Assembly (NCBI GenBank): GCA_964621445.1
Contig: CAZUNO010000014.1
Span: forward strand, 1-64,000
Direction of reading: 5' to 3'
Source: Candidatus Hadarchaeota archaeon
Lineage (GTDB): Archaea > CAYQAE01 > CAYVLA01
DNA length: 64,000 nucleotides
The translations under genes and the position numbers were made by a program. The notes below the pieces were generated by a model that worked only from the letters and a program-made list of their open reading frames with translations, had not been told where the DNA came from and ran no database searches. Numbering within the stretch: the stretch's first letter is position 1; each line of letters starts with the position of its first letter. Shown piece after piece: positions 38,956 to 49,471 of the stretch.

Positions 38956-39504
38956 ATGGATATAGACAAATCTTCTTTTTACAAGATGATCGCACCTCGC
39001 CCTACGGTATGTGTGTGTACGAAGACCCCCAGCGGAACCAGGAATATCGGGCCCTACAGTTTCGTGATGCCCGTTTCCTTCAACCCGCCCCTTATCGCCG
39101 TCTCTGTGGGTAAGGGCAAGGACTCGCTGCTCAATGCCAGAGAGACGGGGAGCTTCGTGGTGGCCCCGGTTACCGCGGATTGGAGAATAAAGGGAATCAG
39201 GACTGAGGTCAAACTGGAAAGGGAACAGAGCGAGTTCGATGAGATCGGCCTGGAGCCCATCGATTCAAGCAAGGTCGATGCCCCCAGCGTAAAGGACGCT
39301 CCCATAAACATAGAATGCAACTATTGGGATGATTTTGAATGTGGTGATCACTCGGTCCTGGTGGGAGAGGTCGTCGCGATAACCGCCAAAGAGGGTTCAA
39401 TCAACAACCAAAGACTCAATATAGAGGACCTTGGATCGGTCGGTCATATAGGCGGCGAGGAGTTCTGCATATCGGACTCGGTGACCATTATATCCAGGGA
39501 CTAG
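38956..39504 (+). CDS. Flavin reductase family protein
   Basis: APRP, NIGPYSF, SFNPP, GDHSVLVGEV. Confidence 0.9.
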   Translation: MDIDKSSFYKMIAPRPTVCVCTKTPSGTRNIGPYSFVMPVSFNPPLIAVSVGKGKDSLLNARETGSFVVAPVTADWRIKGIRTEVKLEREQSEFDEIGLEPIDSSKVDAPSVKDAPINIECNYWDDFECGDHSVLVGEVVAITAKEGSINNQRLNIEDLGSVGHIGGEEFCISDSVTIISRD

Positions 39505-40904
39505 ATCTCGGGGCAGTGGCGCATCGAGTACTGGGATTCCATTAACCTGCACAACAAGCGGTCACGAAGGTCGCTCGGGTCCTGATCCCCGATGAGGTTA
39601 TGCTGTTCCTGGAGATCGTCCCTAAGTTGGTAAAGCATGAATGGTGATCCATCCTCCCTGATGGCATACTTCCGCTCTCTGGTCCTCAGGCATGCCCTCC
39701 TCTCACCGGCATGAAGGACCTCGCTGAGCTGTTCGGTTCGCAGGTGATCGGATTCGCCGCTGAGTACGGGGTTGAGAGACCTTCCCAGGGATCGTTCAGA
39801 GGCTTCCAGTCCCAGGGAATCTAGGATTGTCGGGAAGATATCCACCGTCTCGGCCAGCACATCGGAGGTCTCACCATCCTGGAAATGTCCTGGCCAGCTC
39901 ATTATCAACGGTACTCGCATGCTACTTTCGTGGAAGGTGGACTTGAAAACCCGGCGGTGATCCCCGAGCATCTCTCCGTGATCGGACCAGAACACGACCA
40001 TGGTGTCCTCCAGCATGTTCCTCTCCTGGAGGGCGCCCAGTATCTGGCCTATCCAGTGGTCGATGAGGGAGATCTTGCCGAAGTAGTTAGCCTGGATCTT
40101 ACTAATGTTCTCGGGAGTGGTGGAGCCCTTGGGCTGGAAGTCGTCCATATCCCGGGTCTCCGGGGGCAGATCCCGGTTTTCCTGGGGCCAGGGTATGGGG
40201 TCGGGGGTCTTATCCTCGTCGTACATTTCAGCGTACTCACCTGGAGCGTCCCATGGTTCATGGGGACCGGGAAAACCGACGAAAAGGCACATTGGCCTCT
40301 GGTCCTCGTATTCCCCGACGTATTTGGTGGCCTTATCGCCCACATAGCTATCCAGAAAGAGATCGGGGGGGAGGGGGCTGGGCTTTACCATTAGGGGCTT
40401 TTCCTTCCTCGCTTCCCTCCTCTGCTGGTAGTCCCGTTTGAAGGCCTCATAGAGCCCGTGTTCCTCCAGGCGGTCGGTCATGTAGCTCCTCATGCCGGTG
40501 GTGGCCCACGGCCCGGTGACCTCGTGAACATACTCCAACCCCCGGGCGTGCATATAGTCCTCGTAGTTCCTCATGTGATCTCCTCCATGGGGGTAGTAAT
40601 GGGATTTGCCTATGTGAGCGGTGCAGTACCCGGCTCTCTGAAGGTGGTGGAAGAGGCTCTCGTCATTGGCCGGGAGACAGCCGCTGTTGCGCCACATGCC
40701 GTGGTTGTGAGGATAGCGTGAGCTTATGAAGGAGGCCCGTGCGGGCATACAGACCGGGCTCACGCTGGCCGCCTGGGTGAATCTGGTGCCCTGGGAGGCT
40801 ATGCTATCCAGGTTTGGAGTCTTCATCTGGGGGTGTCCGGCGCAGGAAAGGCAGTCGGCCCTGAACTGGTCGGGCATCAGTATCAATATGTTTGGTCTGG
40901 GCAT
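39501..40904 (-). CDS. Sulfatase (Cys-type)
   Basis: RPNILILMPDQFRAD, CMPARAS, GKSH, GPHEP, SDHGEMLGDH. Confidence 0.94.
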   Translation of the reverse strand: MPRPNILILMPDQFRADCLSCAGHPQMKTPNLDSIASQGTRFTQAASVSPVCMPARASFISSRYPHNHGMWRNSGCLPANDESLFHHLQRAGYCTAHIGKSHYYPHGGDHMRNYEDYMHARGLEYVHEVTGPWATTGMRSYMTDRLEEHGLYEAFKRDYQQRREARKEKPLMVKPSPLPPDLFLDSYVGDKATKYVGEYEDQRPMCLFVGFPGPHEPWDAPGEYAEMYDEDKTPDPIPWPQENRDLPPETRDMDDFQPKGSTTPENISKIQANYFGKISLIDHWIGQILGALQERNMLEDTMVVFWSDHGEMLGDHRRVFKSTFHESSMRVPLIMSWPGHFQDGETSDVLAETVDIFPTILDSLGLEASERSLGRSLNPVLSGESDHLRTEQLSEVLHAGERRACLRTRERKYAIREDGSPFMLYQLRDDLQEQHNLIGDQDPSDLRDRLLCRLMESQYSMRHCPEI

Positions 40905-41003
40905 TGGGATAACTCCACGCTGGTTCCTTAAGTTTGGTTCCCTGATGGAATACAGAGAGGGAAAACGTTTTACCCCCGGAGGTCACAGGGATGGAGTGAT
41001 TCA

Positions 41004-42260
41004 ATGTCAAAGCGGCTAGCCATCAACGGGGGACCACCCGCGGTCCCCGAGGGGACGGTCAGGAAATGGCCTCCCATTGACGAGACTGATCGACGAATGG
41101 TGATGTCCTCCTTGGAGGGTGAAAACCACGCCTTCGGTCCCAACTGTGCAGTATTTCAGGAAGAATTCGCGGAGTGGAATGGAAACCAATACGCGGTGTC
41201 CACCAATTCGGGCACCGCCGCCCTACACATGGGGGTGGCAGCCTGCGGGTGTGGCCCTGGTGACGAGGTCATCGTTCCAGCCTATACCTGGTCATCATCC
41301 GCGACCTGTGTGCTGCACCACAATGCCATACCGGTTTTCGTGGATATCGATTTCGATTCCATGAACCTGGATGTTGAGCTGCTGGAGGAGGCGGTGACTC
41401 CCCGGACCAAGGCCATAGTGGCAGTCCACCTTCACGGACTGCCCGCAGATATGGACCCCATTCTGAAGATCGCCGAGAGACACGGTATCAAGGTAATAGA
41501 GGATGCGTGTCAGGCTCACGGCGCGGTTTACAAGGGCGAGAGGGTGGGGACCCTTGGTCACTGCGCGGCCTTCAGCTTCAACCAGAACAAGTCTCTGTGC
41601 TCGGGGGAGGGAGGGATGTTCGTCACCGATGATGAGGCTCTGTTGGAAAGGGCGAAACAGGTGTGGTCGTTCGGGGAGACGCGGACGCCTCTGGAGGATA
41701 GGGACTATCACGCCTACGCCCTGGGCTGGATGTACAGGAATAATGACCTGACCGCAGCATTTGGACGCTCCCAATTGGCCAAACTGGACGACTACCTTGA
41801 GCAACAAAGGAGTAATGCCCGGTTCCTCAGCGGATGCCTGGAGGATGTTCCGGGCCTCATACTTCCCAGGGAATCCGAGACCAGCCAGCATAGCTGGTAC
41901 AACTATACCCTTAGATTTGACATGGAGTATTTGGGCCATGCAGGGGACCCTGCCCCTTTCAGGGACAGGATAGTGAAGGCCCTGAAGGCCGAGGGTGTTG
42001 AGACCGGGGTTTGGCAGGGATTTATCCTGCCCGAGATGACGGTATTTAGGGCCAAAAATGGGTACGGTTCGGGGTGTCCCTGGTCGTGTCCGCAAGCCGT
42101 GAGTGTGGAGTACGACCCGGATTCATTCCCGGTGGCCAGGAGACACTGTGCGTCCCACACGGGGATGACCAGACCGCTTAGATCGCCCAACGATCGGGAG
42201 ACGGTGGAGCTTACCGCCAAAGGTATAAGGAAGGTTATGGAGAACATCGAGCGTATATGA
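41004..42260 (+). CDS. DegT/DnrJ/EryC1/StrS PLP-dependent aminotransferase
   Basis: NSGTAALH, EDACQAHG, FSFNQNKSLCSGEGG (PLP lysine). Confidence 0.93.
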   Translation: MSKRLAINGGPPAVPEGTVRKWPPIDETDRRMVMSSLEGENHAFGPNCAVFQEEFAEWNGNQYAVSTNSGTAALHMGVAACGCGPGDEVIVPAYTWSSSATCVLHHNAIPVFVDIDFDSMNLDVELLEEAVTPRTKAIVAVHLHGLPADMDPILKIAERHGIKVIEDACQAHGAVYKGERVGTLGHCAAFSFNQNKSLCSGEGGMFVTDDEALLERAKQVWSFGETRTPLEDRDYHAYALGWMYRNNDLTAAFGRSQLAKLDDYLEQQRSNARFLSGCLEDVPGLILPRESETSQHSWYNYTLRFDMEYLGHAGDPAPFRDRIVKALKAEGVETGVWQGFILPEMTVFRAKNGYGSGCPWSCPQAVSVEYDPDSFPVARRHCASHTGMTRPLRSPNDRETVELTAKGIRKVMENIERI

Positions 42261-42264
42261 TCGA

Positions 42265-43887
42265 TCACATGTTCCCGCTTCGTATTATGGAGATCACTAT
42301 CCCCATGCCCAGAATGGATGCTATGGAGTAGCCCACCAGACCGAGAAGGGGGTAGCCGTACAGAAGTGGGCCCAGCCCGGTCTGTATGACAAAGGAGGAG
42401 CCTATGATTATGGCGGAAACGATTAGGGACATGGAAATACGATTGCTGGCCACGTCTATGGTGTCGATTAGCTCGTCCAGATCCTCCAACCTGTGGCTGA
42501 ACCTGAAGTTGTTCTTGCGCAGGGTCTTGAGAGCCCAGTTTATATCCTCGGGAAGGGTGTCCAGTAGACGTATGGTGTTGAAGGTGAACTCCTTCGCTCT
42601 CTGGAAAATCGCGGAGGGTGAATATCTGGAGGCCTTCATCTTTCCTATATAGCTCCTTGTCTGCCTGGTCATGTTGAAGCTAGGATTCACCTGCATGGTA
42701 ACCCCCTCGATGGTCATGAGGGTGTGAAGGAGCATGGCCATACGGGGCGGGATGCGAATGTTATTCTTAACTGAGATGTTCAGGAACTCACCTATCATGC
42801 TCCTGGTATCCATCTTCCCTGCTCGGTGGTACCGGGATACAAGGGTCTCGATGTTGGATTTCAGTTTGCTATTCACGGCATCAGGGTCAAGAGCATCCAT
42901 ATCTATTAGCGAGAGAATGATATCATCTACATCCCTTCTATGAAACCCGTCCAGCAAGTCGATGATTTGCTGCTTGGTCTGGGGGTTTATCCTTCCAACC
43001 CGACCCAGGTCCAGGAAACAAATCACGTTTCCGGGAAGTATGAAGATGTTGCCCGGATGTGGGTCGGCATGGAACAGCTCGTTCTCAAAGATCTGTTTAA
43101 GCACCGCCTGGGCACCGCGGTAGGCGATGATCTCCTTTTCCCTCTGGGTGGATTTCTCGAGCTGGGAGAGCTTTTTCCCATGGATGAACTCCATGGTCAG
43201 GATCCTGGTGCAGGTAAGGTCTGGATGCACCTTGGGTATCTTGACGTAGTCAACTTCGGAGAAGTTTCTCCTGAAATCCTTCAGGTTTCTGGCCTCGTTC
43301 ATGAAGTTGAGCTCGCCCATTATGGCGTCTGAGAATATGCGTACTATCTCCGTTGGTTCATATACGCTGGCCTGGGAGATGTGATCCTTTACCAGGTTTA
43401 CGAGCTTGAATATTATGTGCAGGTCGGTCTGTATCTGGTGACGGATTCTCGGTCGCTGGACTTTAACGGCCACCTCGGTACCGTCCTTCAGCTTGGCCCT
43501 GTGGACCTGGCTCAGGGAGGCAGCCGCTACGGGCTCTTTCTCGAACTCCTGGAAGAGATCCTCGATCCGTGTCCCGAACTCGGTCTGAAAAAGGAGGCGA
43601 ACATCTTCAAAGTCAAAGGCCGGTGCCTGGTCCTGGAGCCTCCTGAACTCCTTTACATATTCTCGGGGGATCATATCCGGCCGGGTGCTGAGCAACTGTC
43701 CTAGCTTGATGAAGGTGGGGCCCAGCTCCTCAAAGGCATCGGTAAGGCTATGGGCCAGGGAAGCCCCTTCCTTTCTATCCGGGTGTTTCCTCTCCAGATT
43801 AACCAGGCCCCCCAGGCCGGACCGGTCAAGCATATCGTCCACGCCGTGCTTGGCGAGTATACGGAATACCTCCGACAGTCTATTCAT
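42265..43887 (-). CDS. ABC1/UbiB (AarF) family atypical kinase
   Basis: LGPTFIKLGQ, AAASLSQVH, VAVKVQRP, FHADPHPGN, LDLG, and two C-terminal TM helices. Confidence 0.93.
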   Translation of the reverse strand: MNRLSEVFRILAKHGVDDMLDRSGLGGLVNLERKHPDRKEGASLAHSLTDAFEELGPTFIKLGQLLSTRPDMIPREYVKEFRRLQDQAPAFDFEDVRLLFQTEFGTRIEDLFQEFEKEPVAAASLSQVHRAKLKDGTEVAVKVQRPRIRHQIQTDLHIIFKLVNLVKDHISQASVYEPTEIVRIFSDAIMGELNFMNEARNLKDFRRNFSEVDYVKIPKVHPDLTCTRILTMEFIHGKKLSQLEKSTQREKEIIAYRGAQAVLKQIFENELFHADPHPGNIFILPGNVICFLDLGRVGRINPQTKQQIIDLLDGFHRRDVDDIILSLIDMDALDPDAVNSKLKSNIETLVSRYHRAGKMDTRSMIGEFLNISVKNNIRIPPRMAMLLHTLMTIEGVTMQVNPSFNMTRQTRSYIGKMKASRYSPSAIFQRAKEFTFNTIRLLDTLPEDINWALKTLRKNNFRFSHRLEDLDELIDTIDVASNRISMSLIVSAIIIGSSFVIQTGLGPLLYGYPLLGLVGYSIASILGMGIVISIIRSGNM

Positions 43888-44065
43888 GGTCCTCTGTTCC
43901 TGTTTGATGCGAGAGGGACTCAAAATGACCACAGCCAATCCATACTAGGCTACATCTTTGACTATAACCTATCCCATATTAAATATCGCTGAATATCCGG
44001 TCATTCCCGCTTGAAAAGCGCACCCGGCAATAACCTTCATCAGCAAGGATGTCCCAGAATTAGCC

Positions 44066-45334
44066 ATGGACTGCGAGGTTGGCTTTTCCCAAAAGGAGAT
44101 AACCCCTCCAATTGGCACCCTCAAAGTTGGATGGAAGAAGAAAATCGTTTCGGACACTGTGCTCGACCCCCTGTTTGCAAAAGTGGCCGTTATCCAGGGG
44201 GATGGGCAGGTGGCCTTCGTCCAGCTGGACACCCTGAGCGTAAGGTGGACCCAGGTTAATGAAATAAGAAACAGGATCAGCGAGCTGTATGGATTCAGCG
44301 GGGAAAAGGTCATGGTTGCCGCCACCCATAATCACGCAGGTCCCGCGGTGGTCAACGCCGGTGACGTGACCAGGGACGATGATTACATTGAATCCATGGT
44401 CCAAAACGTGGTCTCTGCCTTCGGAGAGGCCCTGGAGAAGGTGGAGAGGGCAGAAATTGGCACCGGTCATACCTACGAGTTCAATGTAGGTTTTAACCGG
44501 AGGGTGGTTATGAGAGACGGAACGGTAATCACCCACGGTAGCTTCGATGACCCCAAGGCCCTGTGCCTGGAGGGACCCATAGACCCCGAGGTCCACGTCA
44601 TGGCCGCCAGGAACGGGGAGGGAAAGCTGCTCGGATGCATCGTGAACTTCGCCTGCCACCCTGCGCATCACGGGGGGAGCAGGGAGCTTTCGGGTGGTTT
44701 TCCCGAGGTATTGGCCGACATAATGGCCGGCAGGGGATGCCCGGTAACCGTTTTTCTAAACGGAGCATCGGGTAATGTGACCACTGTGGATCCCACCAGA
44801 GGCGGTCACAACCTGTCCAAGGAGGAGGCGGGGAGAAAGTTGGCCGACGACGTGGATGAGGTCATATCGGGAATCTCCTTCACCCCCGAGGTAGAGTGTT
44901 CCTCGGTCACCAAACAGGTGACCCTCCCCTTTAGGGAGCTAACCGAGGATCAGATACAGGGCAAGGCGCCGGGCGCTCAGCGATTTATCGACTCCGCGAT
45001 CTACGAGCGGGAGATGCCCCGTTTGATACGAAAGATAGAATCCATTGGCGGACAGCCGGCCGAAATACAGGTAAATTCGGTTGATGACGCGGCCTACGCG
45101 GGGGTCCCTTCAGAGTACTTCTCCCAGTTGGCCCTGCGGATAAAGGAGCAGTCTCACCCCCTGCACGCCCTGGTTGTTGGCCACGCCAACGGGATGGTGG
45201 GATATGTTCCCCACCGTGCGGCCTTCGAACGCGGGGGCTATGAAACCACGCTCTGCGGGTCCAGCCGCCTCGCCCCCGAGGCGGGGGACATACTTGCAGA
45301 TGGTGCTATAGAACTCATCCGGGGATTGAATTAG
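44066..45334 (+). CDS. Neutral/alkaline ceramidase-like amidohydrolase
   Basis: ATHNHAGP, NFACHP, FLNGASGN, GYVP, GGYE. Confidence 0.8.
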   Translation: MDCEVGFSQKEITPPIGTLKVGWKKKIVSDTVLDPLFAKVAVIQGDGQVAFVQLDTLSVRWTQVNEIRNRISELYGFSGEKVMVAATHNHAGPAVVNAGDVTRDDDYIESMVQNVVSAFGEALEKVERAEIGTGHTYEFNVGFNRRVVMRDGTVITHGSFDDPKALCLEGPIDPEVHVMAARNGEGKLLGCIVNFACHPAHHGGSRELSGGFPEVLADIMAGRGCPVTVFLNGASGNVTTVDPTRGGHNLSKEEAGRKLADDVDEVISGISFTPEVECSSVTKQVTLPFRELTEDQIQGKAPGAQRFIDSAIYEREMPRLIRKIESIGGQPAEIQVNSVDDAAYAGVPSEYFSQLALRIKEQSHPLHALVVGHANGMVGYVPHRAAFERGGYETTLCGSSRLAPEAGDILADGAIELIRGLN

Positions 45335-45335
45335 G

Positions 45336-46295
45336 TCATGGGTTCCCAAGAAGGTCGTGGCTGGCCTTTTGATCCAGGATTTTTGCCACCGTTTTGAAAA
45401 GCATTCGGGAATCAGCAAGACGTACCCTTGCCCGTCCCAGGTCGGAAAGTATCTGGCCTCCCTGGGAGTTAAGCGGGCTCTCGACCTCCGTGAAGTCGTC
45501 CAGGAACTCCCTCCAGTTGGATGGGAGCGATCCTCGGTAGTTGTGGTAGGCGGCCCACTGGGCGACATGAATCATGGAGTTGCTCCGGTGGTCAACGCCG
45601 AGGAGGAGGACCTTTCCCCCTGCCTTCATGAGCCTGTAAAGGGGGTGGTCCTCCAGCCCTTGCCCCGGTCTGTTGTCGTGGTCCTTGAGGATTTTTTCAG
45701 CTAGCTTGCCCCAACCGGTGAAGGAACCGGAGTACTGGTGGCTTCTGTAGGTCTCCGGCCTCCTCCAGAAGGTCTCCGGAATGCGTCCCGTGGACACGGG
45801 CATTTTCCAGGGCTTAACCTCCTCGGCCTCCGGACCGGGTCCCTTTCTCCTGAGAACCACGCGTCCCGGTTCATGATCGCTCTCCAGGTCTTCTACCTCC
45901 CAGCCGCAGTTATTTTCCAGATGCTTGGTCTCCCCCTGGAGACGCACGGCCATTTCCTGGCAGGAGTCGAAGGGATACTCTATTCCCCAGTCAAGGGAGA
46001 TGGACCGTAGTTTTTTCCACAGGGAACGGATGTGCCCTGAGAATACGTATGGATGCTCACCGCTCCTCAGGGCGAGGGTTTCCAGGAAGAGGATCAGCTC
46101 GCCGCTGTAGGTAGCCATGAAAAGGGTGCCCTGCTCGGTAATGACGCCCTCCAGGGCACTGATAACCGAATCTGCCCCTCCTTTAACATACCCCAGGCTA
46201 CTTAGGCTGCTGTGAACGATCACGTGTTTACCGGTCAATTCCAGTTGGCGTAAGCCACTCAGGATCTGGCCTTCGGTTAACTCCACGCTGGTCAT
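45336..46295 (-). CDS. AAC(3) family N-acetyltransferase with an internal insertion
   Basis: VHSSLSSLG, GRIPETF, RSH, LLGVDHRSNSMIH. Confidence 0.8.
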   Translation of the reverse strand: MTSVELTEGQILSGLRQLELTGKHVIVHSSLSSLGYVKGGADSVISALEGVITEQGTLFMATYSGELILFLETLALRSGEHPYVFSGHIRSLWKKLRSISLDWGIEYPFDSCQEMAVRLQGETKHLENNCGWEVEDLESDHEPGRVVLRRKGPGPEAEEVKPWKMPVSTGRIPETFWRRPETYRSHQYSGSFTGWGKLAEKILKDHDNRPGQGLEDHPLYRLMKAGGKVLLLGVDHRSNSMIHVAQWAAYHNYRGSLPSNWREFLDDFTEVESPLNSQGGQILSDLGRARVRLADSRMLFKTVAKILDQKASHDLLGNP

Positions 46296-46352
46296 TTTCC
46301 ACCACGGCTAGAGGTGGAGTGCCAATCTTTGTACGATTGTTTCATGGGTTAG

Positions 46353-47597
46353 CTAATCATAGTAGAAGGGGGCCCCTTCCCAATGCTGAAGTGCCTTTCC
46401 AAGTTCCTTGTGTTGCTTGGCATATTCCTGGAAATCGGCCTCTTCCTTTAGGGCATCCAGGGCCTGCCTCATGGCCTGGGCACCTGCAAAGGTCCCGTCA
46501 GGGTGGCCGTGAACTCCGCCGCCGGCCTGTATTACCACATCATTACCGAAGATATCCACCAGATCGGGAATCATGCCTGGGTGAAGGCCTCCGGAGGCAA
46601 CGGGGAGAGTCTTCTTCATGCCGTACAAGTCCTCGGTGAGTCCGTGTACGTTATCCAGTACCTCCTTCTTTCCCTCCTTCATCTTTCCAACCGCGGTACC
46701 CACGTGCAGTTGGTCGGCACCTATGAGCCTGGTGTTCTTGGCCACAACTCTCATGTTTATGCCATGTTTAGGGTCGACGGTGAAGGCCGCATGTCCCGCT
46801 CTGTGGGCGTGCAGAGCCAGTCCCAGATCCTCTTCCCGTAGGGTCTGGAATCCGGAGTGACCGCAGGTTAGGATGTCGATCATCACGTATTCCCCTCCCA
46901 GGTCCCTGACTGCCTCTGCTCGACGGATCATCTCATTGGTCTCCGCGGTGACGTTGGCGAAGTAGACCTTCTTCTCTCCGGTCTCGTCCTCGGCCTTGTC
47001 ACGTGCCTCCAGGGTCTCCTCGATCCTATCCTGGAACCGGTTAAACGACTGGTCCGAGAGGTTCTCGTCGTCCTTCACCACATCGCAACCGCCGGTCCAC
47101 GCCTCGTAGGCAACCTGAGCGTGGTGTTCGGTCCTCAAACCAAGCTTTGGCTTGACTATGGTACCCACCAGGGGACGATCGGGGACGCCCAATAGGTTCC
47201 TTACGCCTTCAATACCGAACTTGGGGCCCTTGAAGCTGTCAACCAGTTCCTTCGGATAATGGATATCGTCCAGCCTGAGGCCAGTGATTCCCTTGAGTCC
47301 AAAGACGTTTCCCGCCACGCTGCTCATGATGTTGGCCATGTTTCCGGGCTCGAATAGGCCCGTTGGGTAGGCTATCTTGATCCTGTGTCCCTTGATATCG
47401 AAAACCTTGGCGTGCAGATCCCAGACGTACTCCTTCATGGTTCTCAATTCCGTCCAGGTGCCGACCGAGCTTTCAGCAGCCACGCCACCGGCGGCTTCCC
47501 TGAATCCCATTGTGTCGTCGGTTTCCACCAGGAATTCACAGATAAGATCGTGATCACCTGGCTCGTAGTCCGTGTCAATAAAATCCGTATATTTCAA
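46353..47597 (-). CDS. rbcL: Form III ribulose-1,5-bisphosphate carboxylase large subunit
   Basis: ESSVGTWT, KPKLGL, GGCDVVKDDE, HAHRAGH, GTAVGKM (loop 6 Lys), SGG, GGGVHGHP. 414 aa with no small subunit. Confidence 0.95.
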   Translation of the reverse strand: MKYTDFIDTDYEPGDHDLICEFLVETDDTMGFREAAGGVAAESSVGTWTELRTMKEYVWDLHAKVFDIKGHRIKIAYPTGLFEPGNMANIMSSVAGNVFGLKGITGLRLDDIHYPKELVDSFKGPKFGIEGVRNLLGVPDRPLVGTIVKPKLGLRTEHHAQVAYEAWTGGCDVVKDDENLSDQSFNRFQDRIEETLEARDKAEDETGEKKVYFANVTAETNEMIRRAEAVRDLGGEYVMIDILTCGHSGFQTLREEDLGLALHAHRAGHAAFTVDPKHGINMRVVAKNTRLIGADQLHVGTAVGKMKEGKKEVLDNVHGLTEDLYGMKKTLPVASGGLHPGMIPDLVDIFGNDVVIQAGGGVHGHPDGTFAGAQAMRQALDALKEEADFQEYAKQHKELGKALQHWEGAPFYYD

Positions 47598-47732
47598 ACT
47601 ATCACTCCGTCTGCTTCCTAGAGGGGGATACTTAAAAGTAATGTCCAGATCCCTAGCGTTTTAACACCTGGCATTTCAGTTGGAGTACCAATTTTAAGGA
47701 CCGGGAGAAATCCTAGATCAGGGCAGGCTAAA

Positions 47733-49460
47733 TTGAGGTCGATAAGAATCGGCATGGCACAGGTTAATCCCACCGTGGGGGATCTTGAGGGAAATGTGAA
47801 GCTTGTAATCAACTACATCAACAGGGCCCGATCGCTCGACGTGGACCTTCTCACCTTTCCTGAAATGGTGGTTACTGGCTATCCGCCCGAGGACCTGCTT
47901 CTGAAGCGGGAGTTCTTAGACCAGAACCTGGAGGCTCTGGGAAGAATTGCCCATGAATGTATCGGGCTGACCACGGTGGTGGGTTTCGTCGATTCCCAAT
48001 CCGACCTCTATAACTCGGCGGCGGTTCTGCATAACGGGGAGGTGAAAGGGATATATCACAAGGTCCACCTTCCAAACTACGGGGTCTTCGACGAGAACAG
48101 GTACTTTCGGCGGGGAAGTGAGGTTCAGATATTCACCGTGGAGGGGGTTAGGGTTGGGGTCAGCATATGCGAGGATATCTGGCAGGAAGTTGGTCCTCCT
48201 ACGGTTCAGGCCCTGGCCGGAGCGGAGGTACTGGTCAATATAAGCGGCTCTCCCTATCATTCCGGCAAGGGGGAGGAACGGCTCAGAATACTCTCGGCAC
48301 GGGCCTCCGATAACCTTGCTTACGTGGCCTATAACAACATCGTGGGCGGTCAGGACGAGCTGGTTTTCGACGGCCATGGAATGATCATCGACGAGAAGGG
48401 ATCGGTGGTTGCCAGGGGCAAGCAGTTTGAGGAGGACCTGGTAGTGGCCGATCTGGACGCGGACCGCGCATTCAAGGCCAGGCTGCATACGCCCAGGGCC
48501 AGAGATGGCTCGGTTGTGCTCCGGGACATGGGCCTAAATGTGAGGAAGATACATATCTCAGGTAAAAGTGATTCGCGTGGGAAGCCGGAGCTTCCCCAGA
48601 GATCCGTAGGCGAGATGGGATTTCCGGCCGAGGTTTACGCGGCGCTGGTTCTGGGAACCAGGGACTACGTGCGAAAAAACGGGTTTGAGGAGGTGGTAAT
48701 CGGTCTTTCCGGGGGGATAGATTCCAGTCTAGTAGCCACCATTGCCGTAGACGCCCTTGGAAAGGAGAACGTAATCGGCGTGTACATGCCATCCAGGTAC
48801 TCCTCACCCGAGAGTGAGGAGGACGCCAGCAAGCTGGCGGAAAATCTGGGAGTGAGGTTGATCCACATCTCAATAGACGATATTTTCGAGGCTTTTCTGG
48901 ACTCTCTGACTCCCCAGTTCGAGGGTACCGAGGCTGATAGGGCTGAGGAGAACCTCCAGGCCAGGGCCAGGGGAGACCTTCTAATGGCTCTATCAAACAA
49001 ATTCGGCTGGATGGTATTGGCCACGGGGAACAAAAGCGAGATGGCGATTGGCTACGCGACCCTGTACGGGGACATGTGCGGGGGTCTGGCAGTAATCAAG
49101 GACGTTCCCAAGACCCTGGTCTACGGGCTTTCGAAATACCGGAACTCAAAGGATCCCTTGATACCGGATAGGGTTATGGAGAAGGCCCCATCGGCCGAAC
49201 TGAGGCCGGAACAGAGGGACACCGATGCCCTCCCGCCTTACGAGGTCCTGGACCCCATATTGGAGTCCTACGTGGAGAAGGATATGAGCGTGGAGGATAT
49301 CGTGGAACGGGGCTTTGACGAGCATGTTGTGAGGCGTGTCATCCGGATGGTGGACGGCAGCGAATTCAAGCGAAGGCAGTCAACTCCTGGGATAAAGATA
49401 ACCCCCAGGTCCTTTGGCAAGGATCGAAGGTTACCCATCACCAACAAGTTCCGCCCCTGA
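47733..49460 (+). CDS. nadE: Glutamine-dependent NAD+ synthetase
   Basis: Nitrilase domain (FPEM, K..LPNYGVFDE, ICED) plus GLSGGIDS, ENLQAR, TGNKSE, PSAEL. Confidence 0.96.
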   Translation: MRSIRIGMAQVNPTVGDLEGNVKLVINYINRARSLDVDLLTFPEMVVTGYPPEDLLLKREFLDQNLEALGRIAHECIGLTTVVGFVDSQSDLYNSAAVLHNGEVKGIYHKVHLPNYGVFDENRYFRRGSEVQIFTVEGVRVGVSICEDIWQEVGPPTVQALAGAEVLVNISGSPYHSGKGEERLRILSARASDNLAYVAYNNIVGGQDELVFDGHGMIIDEKGSVVARGKQFEEDLVVADLDADRAFKARLHTPRARDGSVVLRDMGLNVRKIHISGKSDSRGKPELPQRSVGEMGFPAEVYAALVLGTRDYVRKNGFEEVVIGLSGGIDSSLVATIAVDALGKENVIGVYMPSRYSSPESEEDASKLAENLGVRLIHISIDDIFEAFLDSLTPQFEGTEADRAEENLQARARGDLLMALSNKFGWMVLATGNKSEMAIGYATLYGDMCGGLAVIKDVPKTLVYGLSKYRNSKDPLIPDRVMEKAPSAELRPEQRDTDALPPYEVLDPILESYVEKDMSVEDIVERGFDEHVVRRVIRMVDGSEFKRRQSTPGIKITPRSFGKDRRLPITNKFRP

Positions 49461-49471
49461 TTCGAGACCCT

